Shown one piece after another: positions 10,146-21,440 of a DNA stretch of 64,000 nucleotides. The translations under genes were made by a program, and so were the position numbers. Source of the stretch: a bacterium (lineage in GTDB: Bacteria > UBA8248); assembly GCA_965202625.1 (NCBI GenBank), contig CBDBBI010000010.1, positions 384,001-448,000 on the forward strand, written 5' to 3'. Under the pieces are notes generated by a model. It searched no databases, had not been told where the DNA came from, and saw only the letters and a program-made list of their open reading frames with translations. Numbering within the stretch: the stretch's first letter is position 1; every line of letters begins with the position of its first letter.

Positions 10146-11371
10146 CTATAAATCATCTAAAATCTCGATGGGCTGAAACGATTTTCCTTCCATGAATTCA
10201 AGGCTTGCGCCACCATCCGTGCTCACATGTCTTACCCGATCGCTCAGCCCGAACATTTCGATGGCCGCCACGCTGTCGCCGCCGACGATGGTGGCTCTGT
10301 TTTGCGTCGCTTGCATGAGGGCGTCTGCGACAGAAAACGTACCCGCGCCAAACGGCTTGACCTCGAAAACGCTCATAGTACCGTTCCAGACGATGGTTCT
10401 TGCTTCTGAAATCACTTTCGAGAACTGACGCGTAGATTCCGGGCCAATGTCGAGATCCATCAAGCCATCCGGAATATCCTTATGGAAAATCTCGTATTTC
10501 ACCCTCTTTTTGAGCGCGCGTGAGGCACGAATATCTCGGGGTAAAAGGAGTTTATCTCCCCTTATGGATTGTAGACGCCTGGCCACATCAAGTTTGTCTT
10601 CCTCCACGAGGCTTGCGCCCATGCTTTGGCCGCTCACCCTCATGAACGTAAAAGCCATGGCGCCTCCTATGAGCACTCGATCTCATTTACCCAAAAGCGC
10701 CTCAATGAGCATCATTTTGTTGGACACTTTCTTTCCCCCGATAATGGCGACGAAAGGCCTTTTCGGTTCGTTCAACGCATCGCTAAGGTATTGAAGTTCT
10801 CTGGTCAGCAAAAATCCTGCGACGCGAGGCTTGTTGGTTATCGTTTTGGGGACGGCGAGCATGCTCGCGTTATCGCGATGGCAGGCGCCGAAGGCGTCGT
10901 TGACGTAAATATCGGCCAATGACGCCAGCCCTCGCGCAAAAGCGTCTTTCTTTTGTCTTTTCGTTTCATCGTGATTTTATCCTTGATCTGCTCTGCCTCG
11001 TGGAAGCGCAGGTTTTCAAGGAGACAGCGCTCCCCATTCGCTAGCGCCGCCGCCGTGTTCTCAGCCGCAGACCCCACGCAGCTTTCTGAAAAAGAGACGG
11101 TTTTGCCGAGCAGTTCCTCTAAACGCTTGGCTATGGGACTGAGCGTCCATTTTCTATCGGCTTGCGCACTTTTTCCTTTTGGGCGACCTAGGTGGCTGAT
11201 GAGAATGAGGCGGCCGCCTTCGTCCAATATGTGGTGGATCGTGGGAAGTGCCATACGGATTCTGCGATCGTCAGTGATGAGACCGTTCGCATCTTGGGGC
11301 ACGTTGAAATTCACCCGCATGAGCACGCGCTTACCGCGCTCATCCAGGCTCAATATACTTTTCTTCGCCAT
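10146..11371 (-). pseudogene. pgk: Phosphoglycerate kinase pseudogene
   Basis: RVNFNVP, SHLGRPKG, LLENLRF, YVNDAFG, VSTDGGASLEF; frameshift near 10930-10960, in-frame TGA at 10683-10685, several conserved-motif substitutions. Confidence 0.9.
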
Positions 11372-11601
11372 ACGATTCCGCGCATTTTTTGAAATTGAAA
11401 GATAAGAAAGAGATAAGTGATATATGGAAAGTTGTGATAAAAATCCAGGGCTGAGGCCAACGGTTCTCGACGCCGACATATTGGTTTGCACCTGGGCGAG
11501 GGTTTCCGTCTTGGTCTTCAAGATGGATGTGCGTGCCTCCAGGTAAGAAGTCGACAGGAGCGTGGAGATGGGGACGTTTGAGGAAATAGGGGAGGAGAAT
11601 T

Positions 11602-12396
11602 ATGATTGCCATAGATTTGAGTGAAAAAATCGCCATCGTGACGGGAGCGAGTCAGGGAATCGGGCAAGCGTGTGCCAAGGTGCTGGCGCGCGCGGGAGCT
11701 TCCGTCGCGCTTGCTGCCCGGAATGATGAGAATTTGGCGCGGACTGCCTCTGAAATTATCGCTGCCGGGGGACTGGCGGAGGTGATGGCAGGCGATCTCA
11801 CTCTCCCGGGAGAAACCGAGAGCGTGGTCGAGGGTACCTGCGCTCGCCTGGGGGGCATTGATTTTTTGATAAACGCCGCAGGCGTGAGTAGGCGCTCCGA
11901 CCCGATTGAGACGACGGATGATGATATAGATCTCTCCATCGACTTGAAACTCCGCGCCAGCATCCGTTTGACGAAAGCCGCGATTCCGCAAATCAGAAGG
12001 CGAGGTGGGGGAAGCATCGTCTATTTCTCGGGCTTGAGCCATGTGCACACCTCAGAATATCACGGCTCGGGTTGTATAGCGAACGCTGGTCTGTCCGCTT
12101 ATAAGCATCAGCTCGCTCGGAGGCTGGCGCCGGAGAACATCCGCGTCAACCTTATCAATCCCGGAACGACCGATACGCCAAGGTATGTAAGGCAGACGGC
12201 CGGAATCGCGGAGCTGACAAATCGCACGTATGAAGAAGTGGATGCGGAAAGACGCGCTGAATTGCCCATGGGACGTCTCACGCGGGCCGAGGATTGCGCG
12301 AATGCGGCGCTGTTCCTGGTATCTGATTTGGCTTCTAACATCACAGGCGAATCAATCAATGTGGATGGCGGGCGGTGCGATGTGGTCAGACCTTAG
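11602..12396 (+). CDS. SDR family oxidoreductase
   Basis: TGASQGIG, INAAG, RVNLINPG, NVDGG. Confidence 0.9.
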   Translation: MIAIDLSEKIAIVTGASQGIGQACAKVLARAGASVALAARNDENLARTASEIIAAGGLAEVMAGDLTLPGETESVVEGTCARLGGIDFLINAAGVSRRSDPIETTDDDIDLSIDLKLRASIRLTKAAIPQIRRRGGGSIVYFSGLSHVHTSEYHGSGCIANAGLSAYKHQLARRLAPENIRVNLINPGTTDTPRYVRQTAGIAELTNRTYEEVDAERRAELPMGRLTRAEDCANAALFLVSDLASNITGESINVDGGRCDVVRP

Positions 12397-13157
12397 AAGG
12401 CTTGAGAGCCGCCGTCCAAATATATCGTTTGTCCCGTCATGTAGTCGCTTTGAGAGCCGCAGAGATAGACGGCCAGGGCGCGTATTTCTTCCGGGTCGCC
12501 GTAGCGGTTCATGGGGACGAAGCGGAGAAACGCCTCGCTTTCCTGCAGGTCGGCGATGCGCTCGGCCGTCATCGGCGTATGGAAACGGCCCGGTGCGATG
12601 CAGTTGACCTGAATGTTTCTCCCGGCAAATTCAACGGCAAGCGCTTCGGTAAATCCCTTAACACCTGCTTTGGATGCGGCGTAAGCTACCTGATTGGAAC
12701 GGCCTCGACTACCGGCACTTGAGCCGATATTGATGATCTTGCCTTCTTCCGCCTTGAGCATAAAGTGGGCTGCGGCGCGGCAGCAGTAAAACATGCCGCT
12801 CAGATTCAAGTCGATGGTGTCTTGCCAAATCTCATCCCTCATCTCAAGAATCGGGCTGGGAAGCGATACGCCCGCGCTGTTGATGAGAATGTGCGGACCG
12901 CCTAATTCTTTGTTGATTTGCTCAAACAGGGCGTTCACGCGAGTCGAATCTGTGACGTCGCAAACAGCAGGTCTGGCCTGAACGCCAAATTTTTCACATT
13001 CTCCGGCAACCTCTACCATCGGGTCTGGTCTTCTGCCAACGAGAACGACGTCTGCGCCCGCCTCTGCTAAGCCTATGGCCATCGAGGCGCCGAGTCCCTG
13101 CCCGCCGCCTGTAATGCAGGCCTTTTTGCCGCTTAAATCCACGCCGGGTGACGTCAT
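12393..13157 (-). CDS. SDR family oxidoreductase (KduD/FabG-like)
   Basis: TGGGQGLG, YAASK, VNCIAPG, LDGG. Confidence 0.9.
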   Translation of the reverse strand: MTSPGVDLSGKKACITGGGQGLGASMAIGLAEAGADVVLVGRRPDPMVEVAGECEKFGVQARPAVCDVTDSTRVNALFEQINKELGGPHILINSAGVSLPSPILEMRDEIWQDTIDLNLSGMFYCCRAAAHFMLKAEEGKIINIGSSAGSRGRSNQVAYAASKAGVKGFTEALAVEFAGRNIQVNCIAPGRFHTPMTAERIADLQESEAFLRFVPMNRYGDPEEIRALAVYLCGSQSDYMTGQTIYLDGGSQAF

Positions 13158-13344
13158 ATTTTCCGCGACCAAAATTTCGTGAAATGAATCTTCGTTTTGC
13201 CGCTTTGCGCGTCAAAGCCGCTAAGAAGCTTTACTATCATACGCACCTAGGGTAGATAAAGTATAGTTCCGACGCGAAATCATGAAAAATTCGTTTTCCC
13301 TATATTGGCGGGAGAAGCAAGGGGGCCCATTCTGTGAGAGCGTC

Positions 13345-14586
13345 ATGAGCCGCGCGCAAGCGCCGGGAGTTATCAGTACTGAAAACGTGGAGCTGGTCGG
13401 TTATCACGACTTGGGAGACCGCCCCGCTTTCAAAACAGCGATTCAGGAAGTGGATGGACGCTTTTATCTGTATCTATCGCATTTTTGGGTGAGCGGCTGG
13501 AGCATTTTAGACGTAACAGAAACCCGGGACCCTAGGCTCCTGAAGTTTATTGAAGGGCCGGACAACACGTGGACCTTACAAGTCCAGGTGGCGGATGGCT
13601 TGCTCCTCACTTCTTTGGAGAAAATTCCGCGGGGTTGGGGGCCGAGGCCGGAAGATCCGCCAGAAGCCGAGGGCGTCTATATCTGGGACGTGGAAAAAGA
13701 GCCTGCGGCGCCGAAACTTCTCTCGCACTGGCGAACGGGGGCCGATGGCACACACAGAAATTTTTATAATGGCGGCCGCTACGCCCACCTGTCCGCTTAT
13801 GCGCCTGGCTATGAAGGGAACATTTACCGTATCTTGGATGTAGAAGATCCCCGAAACCCGAAAGAAGCGGGCCGCTTCTCGCTGCCTGAACAGATGGGAT
13901 GCGGTGCTGAGGCGACGGGTGACTGGAGCGAGGGTATGCGCGTTTTCCAGCATGGGCCTGCTCATGCGGAAAACGGAAGAGCCTATCTGCCCTATGCGCG
14001 TGGCGGGTTCGTCATCGCGGATATAGAGGACGTATCCAACCCCAAACTCATCAGCCGCTTCAACGTCTACCCGCCTCTGGGCAGCGCGATTGCCGTGCAC
14101 ACGGCGTATCCTTATCTGGGGCGAGGCTTCGCGATCATCAACAGCGAGGCTCTCAAGGAGAATTGCGATGAGCCGCTCAACTATGCGGCGATCGTCGACA
14201 TCAAAGACGAAGTGGACCCGAGGCTCATGTCGCTCTTCCCGACCCCCGAACCCCCACCTGGCTACTCTCACAGCAGCTTTTGTGAGCGAGGAGGACGGTT
14301 CGGCCCGCACAATCAACACCATTCCCAAGGGCTCGATTGTCTGGAGCAAAGGGAGGACCGCGTTTATCTGACGTATTTTAATGCGGGTCTTCGCGTTTAT
14401 GATATTTCCGAGCCGCTTCATCCACGCGAGGTCGCGCACTACATTCCGGCGGACCCAACGAGGCGGCTTGGTATGTTGCCGAAAACCCTCGTCACGCAGA
14501 GTGAGGACGTCATTGTGGATAGGCGTGGGGTAATTTATGTGACAGATAAAAACCATGGACTGCATATACTGCGTTGCACCGCCTAG
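13345..14586 (+). CDS. LVIVD-repeat beta-propeller protein
   Basis: Repeated xxILDVxDPxxP units, GRFGPHN, TYFNAGLRVYDI. Confidence 0.8.
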   Translation: MSRAQAPGVISTENVELVGYHDLGDRPAFKTAIQEVDGRFYLYLSHFWVSGWSILDVTETRDPRLLKFIEGPDNTWTLQVQVADGLLLTSLEKIPRGWGPRPEDPPEAEGVYIWDVEKEPAAPKLLSHWRTGADGTHRNFYNGGRYAHLSAYAPGYEGNIYRILDVEDPRNPKEAGRFSLPEQMGCGAEATGDWSEGMRVFQHGPAHAENGRAYLPYARGGFVIADIEDVSNPKLISRFNVYPPLGSAIAVHTAYPYLGRGFAIINSEALKENCDEPLNYAAIVDIKDEVDPRLMSLFPTPEPPPGYSHSSFCERGGRFGPHNQHHSQGLDCLEQREDRVYLTYFNAGLRVYDISEPLHPREVAHYIPADPTRRLGMLPKTLVTQSEDVIVDRRGVIYVTDKNHGLHILRCTA

Positions 14587-14606
14587 ACAAAAAAGGAGAA
14601 AACTTT

Positions 14607-15296
14607 ATGCCCACTATCGTTGATCTCGCGCGAGAAATTTATCATCGAACGCCCGCGTATCCGGGGCAGCCGCCCATCCTGTATGCCGAGTGGAAAAACC
14701 ATGAAGATGCTTTTAGGGACTCTGGCAACGTTTGGGGCAATGCCCTGAACTTCGTCACTATGCCCGAGCACGGCTCTACGCACCTCGACGCTCCACGCCA
14801 TTTTCACGAAGATGCGACGCCTATGAACGAGTACCCGCTTGAGAACTGCATCGTTCGTGGCATCTGCATTGATTTGCGGCATATCGCGCCTAGGGCGGAA
14901 ATCAGCCCTGATGATCTCGATGAGGCGGTGAAAAAGACGGGCCTCGCCATTCCCGAGGGAGGGACGGTTTTGCTTTGCACGGGTCATCATGTGCGCACTT
15001 TTCCGACCAAGGCGTATGGAACGGATAATCCAGGCGTCAACGTAGAAGCTACCGAGTGGCTCGCCGATCAGGGACTCGTTCACTTTGGAATCGATTCTAT
15101 GCGTCCCGGACCTGAGGGAGATGTCAACGCCTTGGTGCACAAAACCTGTTGGGAGAGGGGAATTACCCATCTGGAGAGTCTGTGCAATCTTGAAGTGCTG
15201 CTAGGCAAAGGAGAATTCCAATTTATTTGCTTGCCCTTGAAATTCCGTGAAGGGACTGGGAGCCCTGTCCGTACGGTGGCGGTTCTTGACGATTAG
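14607..15296 (+). CDS. Cyclase family protein (kynurenine formamidase-like metal hydrolase)
   Basis: EHGSTHLDAPRH, HLESL, PLKFREGTGSPVR; AAGGAG RBS. Confidence 0.9.
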   Translation: MPTIVDLAREIYHRTPAYPGQPPILYAEWKNHEDAFRDSGNVWGNALNFVTMPEHGSTHLDAPRHFHEDATPMNEYPLENCIVRGICIDLRHIAPRAEISPDDLDEAVKKTGLAIPEGGTVLLCTGHHVRTFPTKAYGTDNPGVNVEATEWLADQGLVHFGIDSMRPGPEGDVNALVHKTCWERGITHLESLCNLEVLLGKGEFQFICLPLKFREGTGSPVRTVAVLDD

Positions 15297-15410
15297 TTCA
15301 CTTTTTCGCGACCAAGCGCTCTCTTTTCTATGGTGATGAAAATGCTATGGGAAAAGTGTATCAACGATATTCGCCTTGAGGAAGGGAATTTGCAGATTTC
15401 GGCAAAGCCT

Positions 15411-15950
15411 ATGTTTCACTCTACCGAATCTCGACTTGAGTATGCCTTTGAGCTGGGTCGTTGCATCAAGCGCACGCGTGAGCACAAGGGATTAAACCGC
15501 AATGAACTGGCGCGCGGCACGGGATTACATGGGCGAACCTCACCCAGTATGAGCACGTAGAAAGCGAACCAGGCGCGAGTGAACTTTTGAGATAACCGAA
15601 GTGCTCGGCGTGTTCGGCGACTGGTTTTCGGGTCGAAGCGAAGCGCAAGAAATTACGGGTGCCGGACCCTTGGACATCGCCTTGCGCATGAGTGATAGAT
15701 TTGAGATGCGTAGGAATATACGCTCATCCACGATTCTCAGATTGCTAGGCGCGGCGATCTGGTTTTCGGTCAGGGTGGACAGAAAAATGGGGCGAAACAT
15801 GGTACCTGTAATACAGCCGGGTGCCGTTGTTGTCATTGAGCACCGTCTATGACTGGTGCCCGAGAATCGGTAGGAGGGCACGCACATCAATCTGGGTGGG
15901 GGTAGAGGAACCTGCCGATCGAATTGTGTGAGGGGGGCGTCGTGTGGGCC
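15411..15950 (+). pseudogene. XRE-family HTH regulator remnant with S24-like C-terminal part
   Basis: LGRCIKRTREHKGLNRNELA, then shifted NLTQYEHVESEPGASELLR*..EVLGV, later MVPVIQPGAVVVI; multiple frameshifts and stops. Confidence 0.6.
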
Positions 15951-15972
15951 TACCAGCTGCTCGTCTGAAAAA

Positions 15973-16965
15973 TCAAGAATCCATCAATTCTTTGAACTTC
16001 TGCGTCAGGGCGGGGATGATTTTTTTATAATCTCCTACGATCCCGTAGCGCGCGCGCTGGAATATGGGTGCATCGGCGTCCGTGTTGATGGCTACGATGT
16101 TTTTACTCGGGCCGGCGCCGACCATGTGCTGCATGGCGCCCGAAATGCCAACGGCAATATAGAGATTCGGACTCACGATCTTGCCCGTTTGCCCCACTTG
16201 CATGGGCGTGGGTGCCCAGCCGGCGTCAACGGCGGCGCGGCTCGCGCCCACGGCCGCTTTCAGAACTTTGGCGAGTTCTTGGAGATATTCAAAATTCTCT
16301 GGTCCCCCGAGGCCGCGGCCCCCGCTCACGACAATTTCCGCATCCTCTAGGCGGACGCCCTCCGCCTCCACTTTTTTCGCCTCCACAAAATTCATTCTCA
16401 TTTCCTCGGCGCCTACCGAAACCCTAATTTCTACGAACTCGCCCCCGCGGCCCTCTTGGATATCGGCTTGGGGCAGAGCTTTCGCGCGTGTTGAAGCGAT
16501 GGAGAGAGAGTCTGTTTTTGAACGAACATGGCTGATCGCGTTGCCTCCATGAACCGGGCGAACGGCGGCGAGTTTTCCATCCTCAAGCATGAGGTCTATG
16601 CAATCATGCGCATAGCTGGCGCCATTTCGGAAGGCGAGCCTAGGCGCGACGTCTCGCCCCACCGAAGTATTGGCGACTAGGAATATGGCTGGCTTCTCCT
16701 CCCCGATGACGGCGTCAATTACTTTCAAATACGCCCCATTGGTATAGCCGTCCAAAAGATCAGCCTCGGCCGCCAAAATCTTGTCGGCTCCCAAGGCGAT
16801 GAGTCCTTTCGCCAACTCCTGGGTCCCGGAGCCGCCGAGGAGGAGGGCGACTAAGGAGCCCTTTTTTTCATCGGCGATTTTTCGCCCGATTCCACAAATT
16901 TCGCTGCTCACGAGCGCGAGCTTATCCCCCGCGCGCTCAGCGAGAACGAGGACGTCATTCGACAT
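15973..16965 (-). CDS. etfA: Electron transfer flavoprotein alpha subunit
   Basis: [35 protein letters not shown]. Confidence 0.95.
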   Translation of the reverse strand: MSNDVLVLAERAGDKLALVSSEICGIGRKIADEKKGSLVALLLGGSGTQELAKGLIALGADKILAAEADLLDGYTNGAYLKVIDAVIGEEKPAIFLVANTSVGRDVAPRLAFRNGASYAHDCIDLMLEDGKLAAVRPVHGGNAISHVRSKTDSLSIASTRAKALPQADIQEGRGGEFVEIRVSVGAEEMRMNFVEAKKVEAEGVRLEDAEIVVSGGRGLGGPENFEYLQELAKVLKAAVGASRAAVDAGWAPTPMQVGQTGKIVSPNLYIAVGISGAMQHMVGAGPSKNIVAINTDADAPIFQRARYGIVGDYKKIIPALTQKFKELMDS

Positions 16966-16983
16966 GGCTTCGCTCTTTCTCCC

Positions 16984-17784
16984 TCAAATAATTTTGTCTT
17001 CACGAAGACGGAGTGCCAAAACGCCAGCGGCTTCCTCGAGTGATTCGCCCTCGATGAATTCACAATTTCCGTCGAATACGGGCTGGTATAATTTGGTGAT
17101 TTCGAAGGTGGTCGCTTCTTTTCCCACCAAGCAGCGGTCTATTCCTATATCTTCTGCGCCCCAGACCGGTATTTGCTTGCGCGACGCCATCAATATGCCT
17201 TTGACTGAAGGCAGGCGAGGCGTGTTGATCTCGTTGCTGGCGGTCAGCAGACACGGGGTTGCGACCTCAATGACTTCCAGCCCGTCTTCCAGTACCCGTT
17301 CGCACCGCAGACCTGTGTCCGTTTTTTCCGCTTTTTGAAGCTGGCTCACGCTGGGAACCTCAAGCGCTTCGGCGAGGGCGAGAGCAGTGGTGCCGTAGCT
17401 CCAGTCGCTGCTCAACCTGCCGCAGAGAACGACGTCGAAACTGTCCAGTTTTTGAATGGCGCTCGCCAGAATTCGTGCCGTGCCGAAGGCGTCGGAACCA
17501 TCAAAGGCATCATCCATAAGCAGTATGGCGTCATCGCACCCCATGGCCAGACATTTTTTCAGACCGTCTCGGGCTTTCTTATCGCCGACCGTCATGACGG
17601 TGATTTTTCCGCCGTGTTTTTCTTTGAGGTGGATGGCCGCTTCAACGGCGTTTTCGCAAAAACCGTTGATGACTGGTGAGACGTTCACGGGTGGAATGAC
17701 GTCCATCCTCTCCTCGTCAACCTTAAAATCGCGGGGAGGAATATCCGGGTCTTGTACCTGCTTGATGCAGACGATGATGTCCAA
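16984..17784 (-). CDS. etfB: Electron transfer flavoprotein beta subunit
   Basis: IIVCIKQV, AVEAA, LAMGCD, NTPRLPS; TTG start after GGAG RBS. Confidence 0.92.
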   Translation of the reverse strand: MDIIVCIKQVQDPDIPPRDFKVDEERMDVIPPVNVSPVINGFCENAVEAAIHLKEKHGGKITVMTVGDKKARDGLKKCLAMGCDDAILLMDDAFDGSDAFGTARILASAIQKLDSFDVVLCGRLSSDWSYGTTALALAEALEVPSVSQLQKAEKTDTGLRCERVLEDGLEVIEVATPCLLTASNEINTPRLPSVKGILMASRKQIPVWGAEDIGIDRCLVGKEATTFEITKLYQPVFDGNCEFIEGESLEEAAGVLALRLREDKII

Positions 17785-18087
17785 AGGTTTTACTCTCCTC
17801 CGTGTTGGCTGGCATAAATCCATCGTGGTCGCCCGGGACGCGTGGACATGTTCTGCACCCACACAAGGAGACAGCCTAAAAATAATGAGATGCAGATAAT
17901 ACGTCAACCGGAGACGGCGTTTTTTTTTCGTTTTGCGCTCGCTCCTCGAAAGGGTCGAAAGGGAGCGCGCGCTTTTCTCGTTTGACAATAGAAAAATTCA
18001 GACGATAAGATGAGATAGAAAGCGAGGCAGTGCGCTGAGAAGCGATTTTCGAGTGAATTTCCCATTTTGGGCGAAAGGATCCCGTCA

Positions 18088-19179
18088 ATGTCCGAGGTAA
18101 CGGAAGCCCAGGTCTTGGAGGCTTTGAGAAGCGTGCGAGATCCTGAAATTGGAGAAGATCTCGTGAGCCTGAACATGATCAAGGATGTGCAGGTTTGTGG
18201 GGACGCAGTCGCCTTTTCGCTGGAATTGACCACTCCCGCGCATCCGCGCAAGGAGGAATTTGAGGATGAGTGCAAGCTGGCCGTCGGCGCCTTGGAGAAG
18301 GTGAATACGGTAAATGTCCGGGTGATGAGTCGTGTCTCCGCAAGACCCTCAATCGCTGGAAAGATGAACGTCGAGGGCGTGAAGAACATGGTTGCCGTGG
18401 CCAGCGGAAAAGGCGGCGTAGGCAAGTCGACCGTGGCGGTGAATATCGCGCTGTCCTTAAGGGGGGAAGGCGCGAAGGTGGGAATTTTGGACGCTGATAT
18501 TTACGGGCCGAGCCAGCCACTGATGCTGGGAATTCCCAAGGCGCAGCCCATCGCCGAGGGGGAAAATAAAATACGACCTTTGGAGGCGCACGGCGTGAAG
18601 GTCATGTCGATGGGCTTTCTGGTTGATGAGGACAGCCCCGTCATCTGGCGTGGCCCCATGGTCATGCGGGCACTGGTGCAATTCTTGAGCGAGACGATTT
18701 GGGGGGAGCTGGATTATCTCATTCTGGATTTGCCGCCCGGAACGGGTGACGCGCAATTGACCATTGTTCAACAAGTCTCTCTGGCGGGCGCCGTTATCGT
18801 CACCACCCCTCAGGACATCGCGTTGCTTGACGCGCGCAAGGGGCTGCAGATGTTCAGAAAGACGGACGTGCCTATCCTCGGTATCATTGAAAACATGAGC
18901 TACTACGAGTGTCCTGCATGTGGGCGCCGCGAAGATATCTTTGATACGGGTGGCGGCGAGAAAGCGGCTGAGCGCTACGATGTCCCTTTTTTGGGTGCCA
19001 TTCCACTCGACGTCAAGGTGAGGGCGGGAGGAGACCTTGGCGTGCCCATCGTGGCCGAAGAGCCAGGGCATCCCACGGCCATGGCGTTTCGCGTGGCCGC
19101 TAGAAGGGTGGCTGAGCAAGTGTCCATCGCCAATGCGTCGGGACCGATAGCTGCGCCAGAGTTGAAGATTATCGGGTGA
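18088..19179 (+). CDS. apbC: Mrp/NBP35 Fe-S cluster carrier ApbC with N-terminal DUF59
   Basis: VRDPEIG, SGKGGVGKST, WRGPM, DLPPGTGD, ENMSYYECPAC. Confidence 0.93.
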   Translation: MSEVTEAQVLEALRSVRDPEIGEDLVSLNMIKDVQVCGDAVAFSLELTTPAHPRKEEFEDECKLAVGALEKVNTVNVRVMSRVSARPSIAGKMNVEGVKNMVAVASGKGGVGKSTVAVNIALSLRGEGAKVGILDADIYGPSQPLMLGIPKAQPIAEGENKIRPLEAHGVKVMSMGFLVDEDSPVIWRGPMVMRALVQFLSETIWGELDYLILDLPPGTGDAQLTIVQQVSLAGAVIVTTPQDIALLDARKGLQMFRKTDVPILGIIENMSYYECPACGRREDIFDTGGGEKAAERYDVPFLGAIPLDVKVRAGGDLGVPIVAEEPGHPTAMAFRVAARRVAEQVSIANASGPIAAPELKIIG

Positions 19180-19348
19180 ATATAGAAATAGAAATAAGAA
19201 ATAAAAACTATTCTCTCGCCGGGATACGGGCAGGTATTGATCTTAATTCAGCATAGCATAATGAATCGCCCATGAGGCGCTTTCATGAGCATGTGTGGTT
19301 CCTCGGATCGGTGAGATGCGCGGGCTATTTATGAATGGAGTTTGAACG

Positions 19349-20296
19349 ATGGCTAAAGTCGTGTTGATCGATCCACTTTATGCGACTCCTGAATGGCGCG
19401 TGACTTCCGATTGGCTGGGTGCTGAACATGAGGTGATCGCACCGGATGCGTTTACTCCGGTAGCGATAGAACCGTTGTTGCCGGATGCGGAAGGCATACT
19501 CACGGTGTTTCGGTCCGTCTCGCGCGAGATGATAGCCATGGTGCCTAATCTGAAGGTTGTGGCCAAGCCAGGCGCCGGAGTGGACAATATCGACCTCCGT
19601 GCGGCGACCGAACGCGGTGTCATGGTGTGCAACGTCGAGGGCATTCGAGGTCGAGCTGTGGCGGAGCATTCTTTTTTCATGGCGTTGTATTTGGCGCGCC
19701 ACGCCTGGATGAGGGGTGATCAAGAGAAATGGGAACACGTGCCGGCGGTGCAATTGGGTGGCAAATCGCTCGGTATCGTGGGCCTTGGCGACATTGGTCG
19801 GAGAGCGGCCCGCATCGGCCATGGTTTTGGAATGGAGTTGCTCGTCAATACGCGGACAGAGGCTCCCTCCTACGTGCCTGAGGCGAATCTCGAGTTCGTG
19901 TCCTTTGACGCGCTTTTGTCGCGATCCGATTTCCTGATTTTATGCATGCCCTTGTCGCCCGAGATGAGAGGAATCCTCAATAAGAAAAATTTACTAAAAA
20001 TGAAGCCGGACGCTATTTTGATCAACGTTTCGAGAGGCCCTGCCGTGGTGAGCGACGATCTGCTGGAAGTGATGCGCGACGGGCACCTTGGCGGCGCAGG
20101 GCTTGACGTCACAGACCCTGAGCCCTTGCCGAAAGACCACGGTTTGTGGGGCTTGGAAAACATCATTATTAGCCCTCACCATGCCTCTCGAACGCCAGAG
20201 ACGCAAACGGCCGCAATGGCTCGCACTGCGGAGAATGTGTGTATGGCGTTGTCTGGCGAGAAGCCCATAAACATCGTCAATCTAGAGGTGCTCTAG
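19349..20296 (+). CDS. D-isomer specific 2-hydroxyacid dehydrogenase
   Basis: GAGVDNID, GLGDIG, INVSRG, LDVTDPEP, SPH. Confidence 0.9.
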   Translation: MAKVVLIDPLYATPEWRVTSDWLGAEHEVIAPDAFTPVAIEPLLPDAEGILTVFRSVSREMIAMVPNLKVVAKPGAGVDNIDLRAATERGVMVCNVEGIRGRAVAEHSFFMALYLARHAWMRGDQEKWEHVPAVQLGGKSLGIVGLGDIGRRAARIGHGFGMELLVNTRTEAPSYVPEANLEFVSFDALLSRSDFLILCMPLSPEMRGILNKKNLLKMKPDAILINVSRGPAVVSDDLLEVMRDGHLGGAGLDVTDPEPLPKDHGLWGLENIIISPHHASRTPETQTAAMARTAENVCMALSGEKPINIVNLEVL

Positions 20297-20355
20297 TCCT
20301 CGTCCATCTTTTCCCATGCCGAACAGATTAATATGCAGTCTGGGGCGGAGCCTGA

Positions 20356-21213
20356 ATGCCGTTTGAAGTGGTTGCCTTGAGTCCAGCCTTTTGGTTTTCC
20401 CTTTCAAGCATCATGACCAGAAGAGGGCTGGAGGGCAGTACGCCGCATACGGGGAGTCTGATTGTCCTCTTCATGCAGCTTTTCTTCTTCTCACTTTGCT
20501 TGGTGATGGTGGATTTTGACAACATATCGCTTTCGATCTACTGGCTTGCCTTTCTTGCAGCGGGGCTTTCCTCGCCTGCATTGGCTTTATTGTTTCTGTT
20601 TCGCTCCATCGAAAGAATCGGCGTGGCTCCCACAAGCGCCATCTCGAATACACATGCCATTTTGGGGGCGTTTTGGGCTTTCCTTCTCCTTGGGGAACGT
20701 CCACCCGTCGTGGTGTGGCTTGGCATCCTCTTTGTCGTGGCTGGGATTTCCTGGATGTCGAGCGGGGGAGGCCCGCTCGCAAGAGGGCGGGTGTTGCTCC
20801 TGCCCTTCATGTCCGCTGCTTGTTTTGGGTTCGCACATATGCTCAGAAAAGTGGGACTCGGTGGGATGGACTCGCTCGTTTTCGGGGGATTTTTGCAATC
20901 GCTCGCAGCGTGCACCATTGGGCCGCTGTTTTTAAAGGCGAGCGCGGGATGGCGTCCATTCGTGTTCAACAAACCATCGTGCAGGAATTTTTTCTGGGCA
21001 GGCCTTGCGATGTCGGCCGCTCAGTTGAGTTTGCTGGCCGCCCTGAGTATGGGGGAGGTCTCTCGCGTCTCGCCCTTGGTCGCGACGGTGCCACTTTTCA
21101 CGCTTGTGCTGGCGCCCTTGATTCTAGGGAACAGGGAAAAAATTACCTCGCGCATCGTCGTGGGCGCGCTTTTTACTGTCACCGGCGTGATTTTGGTGAC
21201 TTCGCTTCGGTAG
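20356..21213 (+). CDS. EamA/DMT family transporter
   Basis: About 10 hydrophobic segments in two EamA-like halves (LLGER / LGNREK). Confidence 0.85.
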   Translation: MPFEVVALSPAFWFSLSSIMTRRGLEGSTPHTGSLIVLFMQLFFFSLCLVMVDFDNISLSIYWLAFLAAGLSSPALALLFLFRSIERIGVAPTSAISNTHAILGAFWAFLLLGERPPVVVWLGILFVVAGISWMSSGGGPLARGRVLLLPFMSAACFGFAHMLRKVGLGGMDSLVFGGFLQSLAACTIGPLFLKASAGWRPFVFNKPSCRNFFWAGLAMSAAQLSLLAALSMGEVSRVSPLVATVPLFTLVLAPLILGNREKITSRIVVGALFTVTGVILVTSLR

Positions 21214-21440
21214 GGACGAATTCATCTCGTCCATGACGCGCGAAAGATATCGCCAGCGTGTTTCCGAAGCTATAAAAAGTAGTTGACAGAATGTGCCGTG
21301 AGCGTTTATTCAGAACTTATGAGTGATTTAAGTAGTTGGGCCGATTCTCCTTGCGATTTCAGAGGCCGCGGGCGTGCCGCGAATCGGGCGCGTATCGCGT
21401 CTGAGAGTCCCCTCTTGATTCGCTCCAGGAGGATGGGGCG

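Noticed and set aside
10683-10685. In-frame TGA in pgk as selenocysteine or recoding
   Set aside because: The same gene has a frameshift and degraded motifs, and TGA ends many intact genes in this window
17785-17988. N-terminal extension of the etfB ORF
   Set aside because: Homology starts at LDIIVCIKQ, which has its own RBS; the extension is open by chance
19180-19210. TAGAAA-like short repeats after apbC
   Set aside because: Low-complexity and degenerate; no array structure
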